Source: Hormoscilla sp. (lineage in GTDB: Bacteria; Cyanobacteriota; Cyanobacteriia; Cyanobacteriales; Desertifilaceae). Taken from it: a stretch of 64,000 nucleotides of DNA. Under the pieces are notes generated by a model. It was not told where the DNA came from, did no database searches, and saw only the letters and a program-made list of their open reading frames with translations. Within the stretch, counting starts at the first letter, position 1, and each line of letters begins with the position of its first letter. Both the position numbers and the translations under genes were made by a program. This document shows positions 8,801 to 17,545 of this stretch, in pieces. The stretch lies in assembly GCA_051439505.1 (NCBI GenBank), contig JBFRWI010000148.1, forward strand, positions 1 to 64,000. The letters run 5' to 3'.

Positions 8801-10891
8801 GGAATATTGACTTTCGCATACTTGACATTTGAAAACAGATATCAATTTAGACAAGCGGTAATCAACGAAATCAAAGCAGTGACGGCATCCTCAGAAGCAT
8901 TATTTGCCTCCCATAAAGAACTGGATGGATTGCAAGAAGGGATACGGGCAGCAAAGAAACTGTCCGCCAGCAACTGGGCAGATGCCCAGACAAAGGATCG
9001 AGTGAGAACGGCTCTCCAAGAGGTAGTATATAAGGTAAAAGAGCGCAACCGTTTGCAGGGTCATACTCATGGAGTTTATAGTGTTAGCTGGAGTGCGGAC
9101 GATCGCCTGATTGCTTCGGCGGGTGCCGATAATACGATTAAACTTTGGGGGACTGACGGTGAATTGATTACAACTCTGTCGGGACATGAAGACCGAGTCA
9201 GTAGCGTCAGTTTCAGCCCCGATGGTAGACTGATAGCATCGGCCAGTTGGGATGGGACTGTCAAGATCTGGCGGCGGTCTTTTTTGCTGCAAGCACGGAA
9301 AAAACTACAGCCTTTTACCATGCTAGAGGGGCATAAAGAAGAAGTCTTGTCTGTTAGTTTCAGCCCCAATGGTCGGCTGATAGCCACGGCCAGTCGGGAT
9401 GGCACTGTCAAAATCTGGCGGCGGGACGGTCAGCTATTGACTACCCTCCAAGGACATACCGGACCCGTGACCAGTATCAGTTGGAGTCCCGACGGGCAGT
9501 ATCTGCTTTCGGGAAGTGCGGATAATACAGTTAAGATCTGGCGACGTAACGGCGAATTGCTGAAGACATTAGCAGGCCATAGAAATCAGGTCACGAGTGT
9601 AAAATGGAGCCCCAGAGGCGATCGCATTGCTTCGGCTAGTTTGGATAAAACGGTGAAGCTTTGGAGTCGGTCGGGAGAATTGCTGGACACCTTCAACGGT
9701 CATGATGATACGGTATTCTCTGTTACCTTTAGCCCGGATGGGGAGACGATCGCTTCTGGGAGTGGAGACAACACGGTGAAACTCTGGAGTCTTCAGGGTA
9801 AGTTGCTGAACACCTTGATGGGACATAGTGATTGGGTAAGTAGCGTCACCTTCAGTCCCGATGGTAAAACTTTAGTTTCGGCCAGTCGGGACAACAGTAT
9901 CAAGCTTTGGACTCTGGATAAATCCTGGTTGACTACTTTGAATGGGAAAGCAGGTGCGGTTAATGGAGTTAGTTGGAGTCCTGATGGTGAGATGATTGCC
10001 ACTGCGGAAACTCTGAAAACGGTCAAGCTTTGGCAACGGGACGGCACTTTAATCGATACTCTCAAGGGACATGCTAGACGGGTGAATGCAGTAGCTTGGC
10101 ACCCTGATGGTCGGGCGATCGCCAGTGCTAGTCACGATCGAACAGTCAAGCTTTGGCAGAGAGATGGCCAACTGTTGCAAACCCTTGAGGGACATGAAGA
10201 TTCCGTCTTGGGTGTCAGTTTCAGCCCCGATGGGGAGTATATCGCTTCTGCAAGTCGGGACAAAACTGTGAAACTATGGCTTGCTGATGGCACGTTACTC
10301 CACACTCTCTCAGGACATGAAAAACCAGTCAATTGGGTGAGTTTCAGCCCCGATGGCGAGTATATTGCCTCTGCGAGTGAAGACAAAACTGTGAAATTAT
10401 GGAGTCTAGATGGTGAGTTACTTAACACATTAGGAGGGCATACTGATGGAGTCTGGGATGTTAATTTCAGTCCTGACGGTCAACTGATTGCCACTGCTAG
10501 TGAGGATAACAGTATCAAAATCTGGAGTCGCGATGGCCAGTTGCTTTCTACTTTGAATGGACATACAGATTTGGTTTCGGGCATCAGCTTTAGTCCCGAT
10601 AGTCGGGCGATCGCCACATCAAGCAATGACAACAGGGTCAGGATCTGGACCATTGATGGTCAACTGCTGCATACTTTGAAGGGACATAATAAAGGAGTGA
10701 CTAGCGTCAGCTTCGGTCCCAAGGGTCGAGTAGCTTCTGCTAGTGCTGACGGGACGGTGATTTTGTGGGATTTGGCCGATGTTACATTAGAAAGCCTGCT
10801 GAAGCACGGTTGCGATTGGCTGTCCGATTATCTTCAGCATAACCCCGATGTGGAAACGGGCGATCGGACTCTTTGTGAAGGAATTGAATAG
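5777..10891 (+). CDS. Large protein: degenerate NTPase-like N-terminus, TPRs, nSTAND NTPase, coiled coil, TM helix, about 14 WD40 repeats
   Basis: GQSGVGKS and LIFDQFEE motifs, YQLVHDYL, TM segment, repeated GH...V.FSPDG..IASAS.D.TVKLW; start overlaps the upstream ATPase. Confidence 0.9.
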   Translation: MAERKLKKNHAVDNQHSLKSLSRTIVLGQGQFSLIFARCNYAQLRKRMLAKLGEEVEDVKELGEIKTIELLPETTSLYNRIRASMGEIIQIRKPSALMVLGLESVKEIDELLFATNFVRDELRKQLTFPLVLWVNDQVLQKLRRFAPDFASFAANPIKFDLTTEQLQDLIVQKANFLFANVLAPNHSEKQTQKTGEKRCGLVQGQQRLELDAAHRELQRRAVNLSPELQASLEFVFGQDDLANDRIDAAIEHYRQSLRYWRKSKIKKLERRVPEKSGVLLYYLGRCHFRKAQRSPTESVRQWEEAWNYFNQAVKVFEEAGRQDLVAQFIDRLMEVLQSLGKWEALSAWTYKSLSLHRTYGCQLQLALDYGYLAKIAAREFRWAVASELAQKSLDLLADAPVVEQISLLAQPHELYRLLWEQILRLVLVQAQKRNFDFQAADDNLELACRELKNAISGTEHRYGPDRYLRLLKELRLLYFELGRYREAFEIKQKKRSIEQQYGFRAFIGAGQLLPARHAINPTLAPAMKPRGSVAEAIAASNRQQDINGLLERIGRSDYKLTVIHGQSGVGKSSIVTAGLVPTLKSNPVGDRVALPLVLRVYRDWVGVLGRNLLAVLSKISDIQLPDKLYSTSGILELLRETERRNLLTVLIFDQFEEFFVVCSDKEAKKYFAEFFQECLNISTLKVIISIREDYLHQLLEFERQIDLEEINGNLLDKSNRYPLGNLSPRDAYEVIESLTEKANFELEDSLIEELVDDLAKETGEVRPIELQVVGYQLQAENITTLDKYRRSGPKQRLVERFLEEVVKDCGIENQPLARRVLYLLTDENGNRPLKSRAELAADLANPEQLNLILDILVGSGLVSLIPELPAPRYQLVHDYLGEFIRKQEEVVLKKERDELRRKEEENNQYIEKMREENAVLAEIAEARYQIVQEDIEKYIPQSKGNEKNGSVAELSAARKREELSYVWLEQLRQEKELLAALADEKHRHRQRDKQLKGFLSIALAGSVIGILTFAYLTFENRYQFRQAVINEIKAVTASSEALFASHKELDGLQEGIRAAKKLSASNWADAQTKDRVRTALQEVVYKVKERNRLQGHTHGVYSVSWSADDRLIASAGADNTIKLWGTDGELITTLSGHEDRVSSVSFSPDGRLIASASWDGTVKIWRRSFLLQARKKLQPFTMLEGHKEEVLSVSFSPNGRLIATASRDGTVKIWRRDGQLLTTLQGHTGPVTSISWSPDGQYLLSGSADNTVKIWRRNGELLKTLAGHRNQVTSVKWSPRGDRIASASLDKTVKLWSRSGELLDTFNGHDDTVFSVTFSPDGETIASGSGDNTVKLWSLQGKLLNTLMGHSDWVSSVTFSPDGKTLVSASRDNSIKLWTLDKSWLTTLNGKAGAVNGVSWSPDGEMIATAETLKTVKLWQRDGTLIDTLKGHARRVNAVAWHPDGRAIASASHDRTVKLWQRDGQLLQTLEGHEDSVLGVSFSPDGEYIASASRDKTVKLWLADGTLLHTLSGHEKPVNWVSFSPDGEYIASASEDKTVKLWSLDGELLNTLGGHTDGVWDVNFSPDGQLIATASEDNSIKIWSRDGQLLSTLNGHTDLVSGISFSPDSRAIATSSNDNRVRIWTIDGQLLHTLKGHNKGVTSVSFGPKGRVASASADGTVILWDLADVTLESLLKHGCDWLSDYLQHNPDVETGDRTLCEGIE

Positions 10892-10907
10892 CGCACCTTT
10901 CCCGATC

Positions 10908-10964
10908 GCCCGCCGGGGGTTGCAAACCCCCGGCTAATAGCTCAAGTCCACTAAAGTGGACTAA
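10908..10964. repeat. REP-like double-hairpin repeat family C
   Basis: CCGGGGGTT..AACCCCCGG-CTAATAGCT-AAGTC..GACT; copies at 11585-11651, 15627-15731, 29598-29664, 31395-31461. Confidence 0.8.
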
Positions 10965-11104
10965 ATAGTTTCTCGATAAGGTTTTCATTTAGTTGAAATT
11001 GATTATGTTGCCAAATCTCAGATTAATAGCACTTTCTTATTTCAGTCTAACTTACGTTATAATAAATGAAGGGAATAGCTCCAACTCTTAAGTAGGAGGT
11101 AAAT

Positions 11105-11548
11105 ATGCAAAATCCAAGCAACAAGGAAATGGGAAAAGTTTTCACCAATTTGACTGTCATTAATCGCGCCGACCAAATTCGAGCAGAAGATGGCACGATT
11201 TCACCAGACAAAATCAGGTCTATAACCCTCAATAATGTATTGGTAGACACGGGAGCAACTACTTTGTGTTTGCCACGAGATGCGATCGCAAAACTGGGAC
11301 TAAAACTCCTTAAAGAAGTAGACGTAGCAACGGCAATGGGCATTGGCAAAGCCAGAATTTTTCGAGATGCAAGCATATCTTTGTTTGGGCGGGAAGGAAC
11401 ATTTGAGTGCTTAGAGTTGGCGTCAAGTGGCGATCCGCTTTTGGGAGTAATTCCTTTAGAATTTTTGGGTTTAGAAATAGACTTGAAAAATCAAACCTTG
11501 AAGCCATTGCCCATCAGTCCAACAGAAACATATTTGACGATTTTGTAG
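11105..11548 (+). CDS. Clan AA (retropepsin-like) aspartic protease
   Basis: LVDTGAT catalytic motif, LLGVIPLE, AGGAGG RBS. Confidence 0.85.
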   Translation: MQNPSNKEMGKVFTNLTVINRADQIRAEDGTISPDKIRSITLNNVLVDTGATTLCLPRDAIAKLGLKLLKEVDVATAMGIGKARIFRDASISLFGREGTFECLELASSGDPLLGVIPLEFLGLEIDLKNQTLKPLPISPTETYLTIL

Positions 11549-11584
11549 TTAATGCATTTTAATGGATGCATTAAAAATCATTCA

Positions 11585-11651
11585 CTTCGCTGTTATCCCG
11601 CCGGGGGTTCAACCCCCCGGCTAACAGCTCAAGTCGGTTAAAACCGACTAA
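11585..11651. repeat. REP-like double-hairpin repeat family C
   Basis: Same architecture as 10908-10964. Confidence 0.8.
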
Positions 11652-11791
11652 TAACATTTGGAAATTTTGCTGCTACAAATCAGCCGAGTTCGGGACCAGA
11701 TCGGGTTTACTGTCGCACTCGCGCGAATCTTTTGTGGTTGGTTGTTAGCGGAAACTGCATAGTTTCCGCCTGTTCGCACAACGAGTAGACG

Positions 11792-12043
11792 CTATTTATT
11801 TTTCTTCGCTTTCTGTTGCGCTGCTTTGTGCTGCTGCGCTGCTTTTATTCGCTGTTGAGCATACTCTGATGGCTGAGTTGAGCGCTGAGTTGATTGCTGA
11901 GTTGGCTTCCGATTAGTAAAATTGCTATGAGCTTTGTTATTGGGCTCTCGACCGGCCTGCTCTGCATTCCTTTGCTCTATGTTTGTTTGCTGCCTTTTCT
12001 TCAAAGTTTCTCCACCAAAAAATAAACCTTTTTCGCCAGACAT
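11792..12043 (-). CDS. Small Q/K-rich hypothetical protein
   Basis: 83-aa ORF with a GGAGGT RBS upstream of the ATG. Confidence 0.55.
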   Translation of the reverse strand: MSGEKGLFFGGETLKKRQQTNIEQRNAEQAGREPNNKAHSNFTNRKPTQQSTQRSTQPSEYAQQRIKAAQQHKAAQQKAKKNK

Positions 12044-12114
12044 AAAACAGTACCTCCATGTGGATTGATTGTTGAACAGCGGACAACGGCAGTTATTAGC
12101 TGCTTGTTGACTAA

Positions 12115-12154
12115 GTTTGTAGTTGCGCTTCAGCGCTAAAGCGCAACTACAAAC
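12115..12154. repeat. GTAG-type palindromic repeat or terminator between two small genes
   Basis: GTTTGTAGTTGCGCTT...AAGCGCAACTACAAAC perfect 16-bp stem. Confidence 0.65.
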
Positions 12155-12217
12155 CGAGTTTTCTCAATTTGCTTGCTTGACCACTAGACAGGTTATAATG
12201 GTCATGGGAATGCAGGA

Positions 12218-12370
12218 TTAACTACGCCGGCGCATATCTGCATCAGCAGCAGATTTGGCATCTTCGCGGGTGGAACCGGTGCCCCGTGCAACTTCTTTAC
12301 CGTTGCTCTTGTAAACGTAGACGTGCTGACCGTTAATGTTTTTGCCTTTGTGAGAACCACTTGTGGACAT
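12218..12370 (-). CDS. 50-aa protein with dsRBD-like C-terminal motif
   Basis: AAAGGAG RBS; YVYKSNGKEVARGTGSTREDAKSAA resembles the G-x-G-x-S/T-K-x-x-A-x-x-x-AA motif. Confidence 0.55.
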   Translation of the reverse strand: MSTSGSHKGKNINGQHVYVYKSNGKEVARGTGSTREDAKSAADADMRRRS

Positions 12371-12635
12371 AATTGACTCCTTTGTTGTTGTTTGAACTCG
12401 TGCGTTCATACATCCACTATGGCAAGTTCAAAATTAATCGTCCACCCATATTCCGGTTTTGAAAGCCGAATTTGAAAAAAAAATTGAAAAAAAATTAAAG
12501 CCTAGACCCAGCGGGCGTTTCAGCCCCCGAGAATCTTTACCCCTAAATTGGCGAATATCCGAAAATCGGGAAAAAATGCCTGAAAATAGGTCATAATATG
12601 GCAAAAGCAGAAGTTCGCTCACCTCGCGTCAATCG

Positions 12636-15032
12636 ATGAACCAGATCGGAACCCCAGACCCACGCCGTCTTATACTCACTGAGTCAGGACTGGAAAGACT
12701 GAAAAAGGCTATCAACCAAAAGCTCCAGGGGCGAAAACCCACCAGAGAAAATATATCGGAACTCACCGAAGGAACCGGTGCCGCTCCTTTAGACACCGAT
12801 AAACTCTCGAAAGATACAGTCTCGAAAATATTGAAACGTAAGAAACCGGTTTACCGCAGCTCACTAGAACGTTTGTTTGAGGCTGTGGATCTAGAACGGC
12901 GTCAAAGCGACTATACCTACTGGATCGACGACACCACCGGCGATCGCACAGAGGATCGCACAGAGGATCGCACCTCTGTAGACCCCAATTTTGTCGGGCG
13001 CGATGAGGCAATGGGCGACCTGGATCAGCGGGTCGAGGACGGGGAACAAGTCATCCTGATTCATGGGGAAGGGGGACTTGGCAAGACAACCCTGGCTCAG
13101 CGCTACCTGGAAACTCGGGGGTACAGGATGCTGCAACTCCGGATGGCAAAGGAAACTCAGAATATCACTCCGGTAGAAAGTGTGGTCGAGGAATGGCTGC
13201 GGCTCCTTGATGAAGAACCGGTGCGCGAGTTTGGCATTGCCAAGGAACGACTGCGGAAACATCTGCAAGATCCTCAGGGAAAAATCGGCGTGCTGATTGA
13301 CAACCTGGAACCGGCACTACAAAAGGGTAAATTTATTCCTGCCCATCGCAACTATGTGGAACTATTGACAGTGCTGACGGATCCAAAAGTCAAATCCGTG
13401 ACCATCATTACTAGCAGGGAGCGACTGCACGAATCAACTATAGGGTGCGTTGAGCATTACCAGTTGAAAGAGTTGCGGCGAGAAGCATGGCATCAATATT
13501 TTACAAATCGCAACATCAATACTGGCACCGGTCCATTAGCAGATGACTCGGCCCTCAGTCAGATGCACCACGCCTATGGGGGAAATGCCGAGGTAATGTA
13601 TATTCTCAGAGGCGATATCCAAAGGGAGTGTGAAGGAGATTTAGAGGCGTATTGGCAGAAATATAGTAAATATTTGTTGCTGAATCCCACTCTGGAAAAT
13701 TTAGTTAAAGGTCAGTTTGATAAACTGCAACGAGATGACTGGGAAGCTTATCAACTGCTTTGCCGCTTGGGATGTTATCGCTATCAAGATGTGCTTGTTC
13801 CGGAAGAGGGAATTCTATGTTTGCTGTGGGAGGTGCCCGAAAAGGGTCTGACGCGGCGAGTGCTTTTGGATTTACGCGATCGGGGATTGGTGAAACGTGA
13901 CAATGGCAAATACTTTCTGCATCCAGTGATGCTAGAAGAAGCTAAATCACGGCTCAAGTCAAGCGAAGATTGGGAAAGGGCAAATCGCACAGCGGCAGAG
14001 TATTGGACGGAGAGTGTGACAACGGTTGAAACTCTAGAACATGCCCTGACAGCTTTAGAAGCTTATCATCACTATGTAGCGATTGAGGACTTCGATAAAG
14101 CAGGTACTGTAATTGTCAAGCCGAGGAATATTTTTGACTTATCTAAACAATCACTTGGTGAATATATGCGCTGTTTTTTTAATAAAGGAGGTATGCTATA
14201 CAAAATGATTAATATAACAAAAAATATTTCCCAAAAAACAAATAATTATGAGATATTAATATCGATATATCAAATATTGGGACATCTATATCTTATAAGT
14301 GGTCAGATAGATAGAGCAAGAGAGCTGGTTGAAGAAATATCAACTATTGCAAAAACAATTAATTCCCAAGAATTTGAATTAGAGTATTTATTTAGGAAAG
14401 GTGATATTAAATTATCTTTATGGGAACTAGAAGATGCATTAGATTGCTTGAAACAAGTATACGAGATAGCTCATAAAAATGAGGAATTTATCTATTATGA
14501 AATTTTATCCGCATTTACCCTGGCATTCATAAATTCATATTTAGGATTTGAAACGGAAGCATCAGAGTTTGCAAAAATAAGCGAGAGTCATGCAACAGAT
14601 ACAGATGTTTTGGAAACAAACTGGAATAAAGCTGATGAAGGTTATAGGTTATACTCTCTAGGGATGACATATAAAAATATAGGAGATTATGAAAAAGGTT
14701 TGGAGTTTTATAACCAAGCAATTGAGTATGCTAAGAAAATAAATTATCAGGGAATTTACGCGATCGCATGTTATGGGATAGCCGAGATAGATCGAGAACA
14801 AGGTGAATTTGACAAGGCGCTTGACAATCATTCAGAATCGATAGACATATTGAAAAAAATAGGTGCAACATCCGATCTAGCAGAAGCTTACTATCAGTTG
14901 GGGTTAACTTATAAAAAGATGGGCGAATTGCCAAATAGTGAGGAAAATTTCCAAGAGGCGATTAAACTGTTCGAGAGAATGGGCGCACCCAAGCAAGTTG
15001 AGAAGGTAAAACGAGCGATGCGATCGGGGTAA
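12636..15032 (+). CDS. HTH - NB-ARC/STAND NTPase - TPR protein
   Basis: N-terminal HTH-like segment (LSKDTVSKIL), FVGR, GEGGLGKT, LIDNLE, ITSRE, LHPV, C-terminal TPRs. Confidence 0.9.
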   Translation: MNQIGTPDPRRLILTESGLERLKKAINQKLQGRKPTRENISELTEGTGAAPLDTDKLSKDTVSKILKRKKPVYRSSLERLFEAVDLERRQSDYTYWIDDTTGDRTEDRTEDRTSVDPNFVGRDEAMGDLDQRVEDGEQVILIHGEGGLGKTTLAQRYLETRGYRMLQLRMAKETQNITPVESVVEEWLRLLDEEPVREFGIAKERLRKHLQDPQGKIGVLIDNLEPALQKGKFIPAHRNYVELLTVLTDPKVKSVTIITSRERLHESTIGCVEHYQLKELRREAWHQYFTNRNINTGTGPLADDSALSQMHHAYGGNAEVMYILRGDIQRECEGDLEAYWQKYSKYLLLNPTLENLVKGQFDKLQRDDWEAYQLLCRLGCYRYQDVLVPEEGILCLLWEVPEKGLTRRVLLDLRDRGLVKRDNGKYFLHPVMLEEAKSRLKSSEDWERANRTAAEYWTESVTTVETLEHALTALEAYHHYVAIEDFDKAGTVIVKPRNIFDLSKQSLGEYMRCFFNKGGMLYKMINITKNISQKTNNYEILISIYQILGHLYLISGQIDRARELVEEISTIAKTINSQEFELEYLFRKGDIKLSLWELEDALDCLKQVYEIAHKNEEFIYYEILSAFTLAFINSYLGFETEASEFAKISESHATDTDVLETNWNKADEGYRLYSLGMTYKNIGDYEKGLEFYNQAIEYAKKINYQGIYAIACYGIAEIDREQGEFDKALDNHSESIDILKKIGATSDLAEAYYQLGLTYKKMGELPNSEENFQEAIKLFERMGAPKQVEKVKRAMRSG

Positions 15033-15067
15033 TATTGTGATAATATAGATTGTAAAATCTGGTAAAC

Positions 15068-15118
15068 TAGAGGCGGATCCTCCGGAAAACTTTCCCCGCC
15101 AGAGACTGGGAACCAGGG
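15068..15118. repeat. 51-bp dispersed repeat; direct copy at 15547-15597
   Basis: TAGAGGCGGA.CCTC..GAAAAC.TTCCC.GCCAGAGACTGGGAAC.AGGG, 6 mismatches between copies. Confidence 0.75.
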
Positions 15119-15143
15119 TAAAATAATAACTTTGAGGTAAATT

Positions 15144-15500
15144 ATGAGTGTAGTTTTAGAAGCGAAAACTCTCCCACTCCCCCTACGGGAAGACGAGACC
15201 GGGGCCATCAGAGTAGGAAACTCAAGAGTTTTATTAGAAATAGTGATTCAAGCTTTCCGAGATGGGGCGTCTCCCGAGTCGATCGTTCAGCGATACTCAA
15301 CTCTATCATTAGGAGATGTTTATCTGACCATCGGTTACTATCTCGGGCATCCAGAAACCATAAATGCCTATCTCGATCGCCGCGAACAGTTAGCAGAATC
15401 AGTGCGTCAAAAGCTGTCAAGCATTCAACCAGATATTAGCTTAATTCGTTCGCGGTTATTGGAGAAAAAAAATCAAAATAAATTATGTTGCAGTTTTTGA
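15144..15500 (+). CDS. DUF433-family antitoxin
   Basis: GAIRVGNSRVLL...GASPESIVQRYSTLSLGDVY motif. Confidence 0.85.
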   Translation: MSVVLEAKTLPLPLREDETGAIRVGNSRVLLEIVIQAFRDGASPESIVQRYSTLSLGDVYLTIGYYLGHPETINAYLDRREQLAESVRQKLSSIQPDISLIRSRLLEKKNQNKLCCSF

Positions 15501-15545
15501 GGATTGTTCGCGGAATATTTAGACAAAAAAAAGCTAGATATATGA
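15485..15545 (+). pseudogene. Remnant of the DUF5615 PIN toxin
   Basis: Overlapping ATG reads MLQFL-RIVRGIFRQ, i.e. a DUF5615-like N-terminus missing the ADEN segment, then truncated at the repeat. Confidence 0.5.
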
Positions 15546-15626
15546 TTAGAGGCGGAGCCTCAAGAAAACGTTCCCAGCCAGAGACTGGGAACGAGGGGAA
15601 ATGCTATAATTATTGAATTATCTATC

Positions 15627-15731
15627 TAGTCGGTTTTAACCGACTTTAGCTATTAGCCGGGGGTTTGAACCCCCGGCGGGCTAACAACGAAGAAGCGGGG
15701 TTTGTGAACCCCCGGCGGGCTAACAGCGAAG
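15627..15731. repeat. Family C repeat with duplicated large hairpin
   Basis: AGTCGGTTTTAACCGACT followed by two ..AACCCCCGGCGGGCTAACA.CGAAG units. Confidence 0.75.
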
Positions 15732-15754
15732 TGAAGTGAAGGAGTTCAACAGCA

Positions 15755-17545
15755 ATGAATGATATATTTAAAGGGTTCGAGCAACTACTGGAACTGGCCA
15801 AAACTCTAGAAGAGAAAGCTGATAAAGGAGATATTAAGACCGAATTCACGGTCAGATCCTTGAGCAGCATTCCCCGTCAAGGCAATATTCCTCGCAGTAG
15901 TTCCCGCCCGGCACCGGAGGTAATAGTCACTCCACCTCCTCCAAACCCTACACCCGATCGCACCACTGGAAATTCTCTAAATCAGGTGGGCGGGTTAGAT
16001 GAGACGATCGCGGAACTGAGGGAACTGATAGAAATACCCCTCAAGCGTCCGGAACTGTTAGCAAAACTGGGTTTAGAACCGCCCCGGGGGGTGCTGCTGG
16101 TGGGGGCCCCGGGCACGGGCAAAACCCTGACTGCACGTTCTCTGGCAGCTCAATTGGGCGTCAACTATATCGCGATCGCGGGACCGGAGGTAATGGGCAA
16201 ATATTACGGAGAAGCGGAAGGGCGCCTGCGGGAAATTTTTCAGAAAGCAGCCAATTCCGCACCCTGTTTGATTTTTATTGATGAAATAGACGCCCTGGCC
16301 CCCGATCGCAGCAAAGTTGAGGGAGAAGTAGAAAAACGGGTCGTGGCCCAGTTATTGGCATTAATGGATGGTTTTGCCCATGCTGAAGGGGCGATCGTCC
16401 TAGCGGCCACGAACCGACCGGAACATTTAGATCCGGCCCTGCGGCGTCCGGGAAGATTCGATCGGGAAGTGCAGTTTCGCGTGCCATCACAGAAAGGACG
16501 CTTGCAGATTTTGCAGATTCTCACCTCATCCATGCCCTTAGATGCTACTGTGGATTTACAGGCGATCGCATCAGTAGCCGTAGGATTTGTGGGTGCGGAC
16601 TTAAAAGCATTATGTCAAAAAGCAGCATACATTGCCCTGCGCCGCCAAGTGCCGAACTTAGAAGCGGAAGTACCGGATAGTATGACAGTAAATCAGCAGG
16701 ACTTTAACCAGGCCCTGGGGGAAATAAAACCTGCAGTACTGCGGTCAGTAGAAGTTGAAAGTCCGACAGTATCTTGGTCGGAAATCGGGGGACTCACAGA
16801 GATCAAACAGAAGCTGCAAGAATCAGTCGAAGGTCAGTTACTGTACCCAGAACTATATCACAAAACTCGCGCCCAAGCCCCCAGGGGCATTTTACTCTGG
16901 GGACCGCCCGGAACCGGGAAAACCCTGTTAGCAAAAGCCGTTGCATCTCAAGCAAAAGCCAACTTTATTGCCGTTAGCGGTTCGGAATTACTCAGCCGCT
17001 GGGTGGGTGCCTCCGAACAAGCAGTGCGAGAATTGTTTATCAAGGCCAGACAGGTAGCCCCCTGCGTGATTTTTATTGATGAAATCGATACCGTCGCACC
17101 GGCGCGAGGTTCTCATATGGGCGATTCCGGAGTGGGCGATCGGGTAGTGGGGCAGTTGCTAGCAGAACTGGATGGCATCAAAGCCTCTGGTAATATATTA
17201 TTAATTGGTGCCACCAATCGACCGGAAAGTCTGGACCCAGCCTTGCTGAGATCCGGGAGATTAGACCTACAATTGAAAGTCGATTTACCAGACACCGAGA
17301 GTAGATTAGCAATATTGCAAGTCCACAATCAAGACCGCCCCATAGAAGGAGTAGATTTAGACAGCATCGCCGTGCAAACAGAAGGATGGAATGGTGCGGA
17401 CTTGGCACTTTTGAGCAATCAAGCGGCTTTAGAAGCAATTCGGCGGTATCGGAAGCTGGGGAAAGAAAATCCCACTGAAATTAAAATTACCACTGAAGAC
17501 TTTAGTCGCGCCTATCAACAGCTAGCAAGTCAAAAATCCCAGTAG
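15755..17545 (+). CDS. CDC48/VCP-like double AAA+ ATPase lacking the N domain
   Basis: GAPGTGKT and GPPGTGKT Walker A, two IFIDEID, DPALRRPGRFD and DPALLRSGRLD. Confidence 0.9.
   Translation: MNDIFKGFEQLLELAKTLEEKADKGDIKTEFTVRSLSSIPRQGNIPRSSSRPAPEVIVTPPPPNPTPDRTTGNSLNQVGGLDETIAELRELIEIPLKRPELLAKLGLEPPRGVLLVGAPGTGKTLTARSLAAQLGVNYIAIAGPEVMGKYYGEAEGRLREIFQKAANSAPCLIFIDEIDALAPDRSKVEGEVEKRVVAQLLALMDGFAHAEGAIVLAATNRPEHLDPALRRPGRFDREVQFRVPSQKGRLQILQILTSSMPLDATVDLQAIASVAVGFVGADLKALCQKAAYIALRRQVPNLEAEVPDSMTVNQQDFNQALGEIKPAVLRSVEVESPTVSWSEIGGLTEIKQKLQESVEGQLLYPELYHKTRAQAPRGILLWGPPGTGKTLLAKAVASQAKANFIAVSGSELLSRWVGASEQAVRELFIKARQVAPCVIFIDEIDTVAPARGSHMGDSGVGDRVVGQLLAELDGIKASGNILLIGATNRPESLDPALLRSGRLDLQLKVDLPDTESRLAILQVHNQDRPIEGVDLDSIAVQTEGWNGADLALLSNQAALEAIRRYRKLGKENPTEIKITTEDFSRAYQQLASQKSQ

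Noticed and set aside
8842..10428. Antisense ORFs over the WD40 repeats, and similar ones over atp, apcE and the MCP
   Set aside because: Shadow frames of well-supported genes
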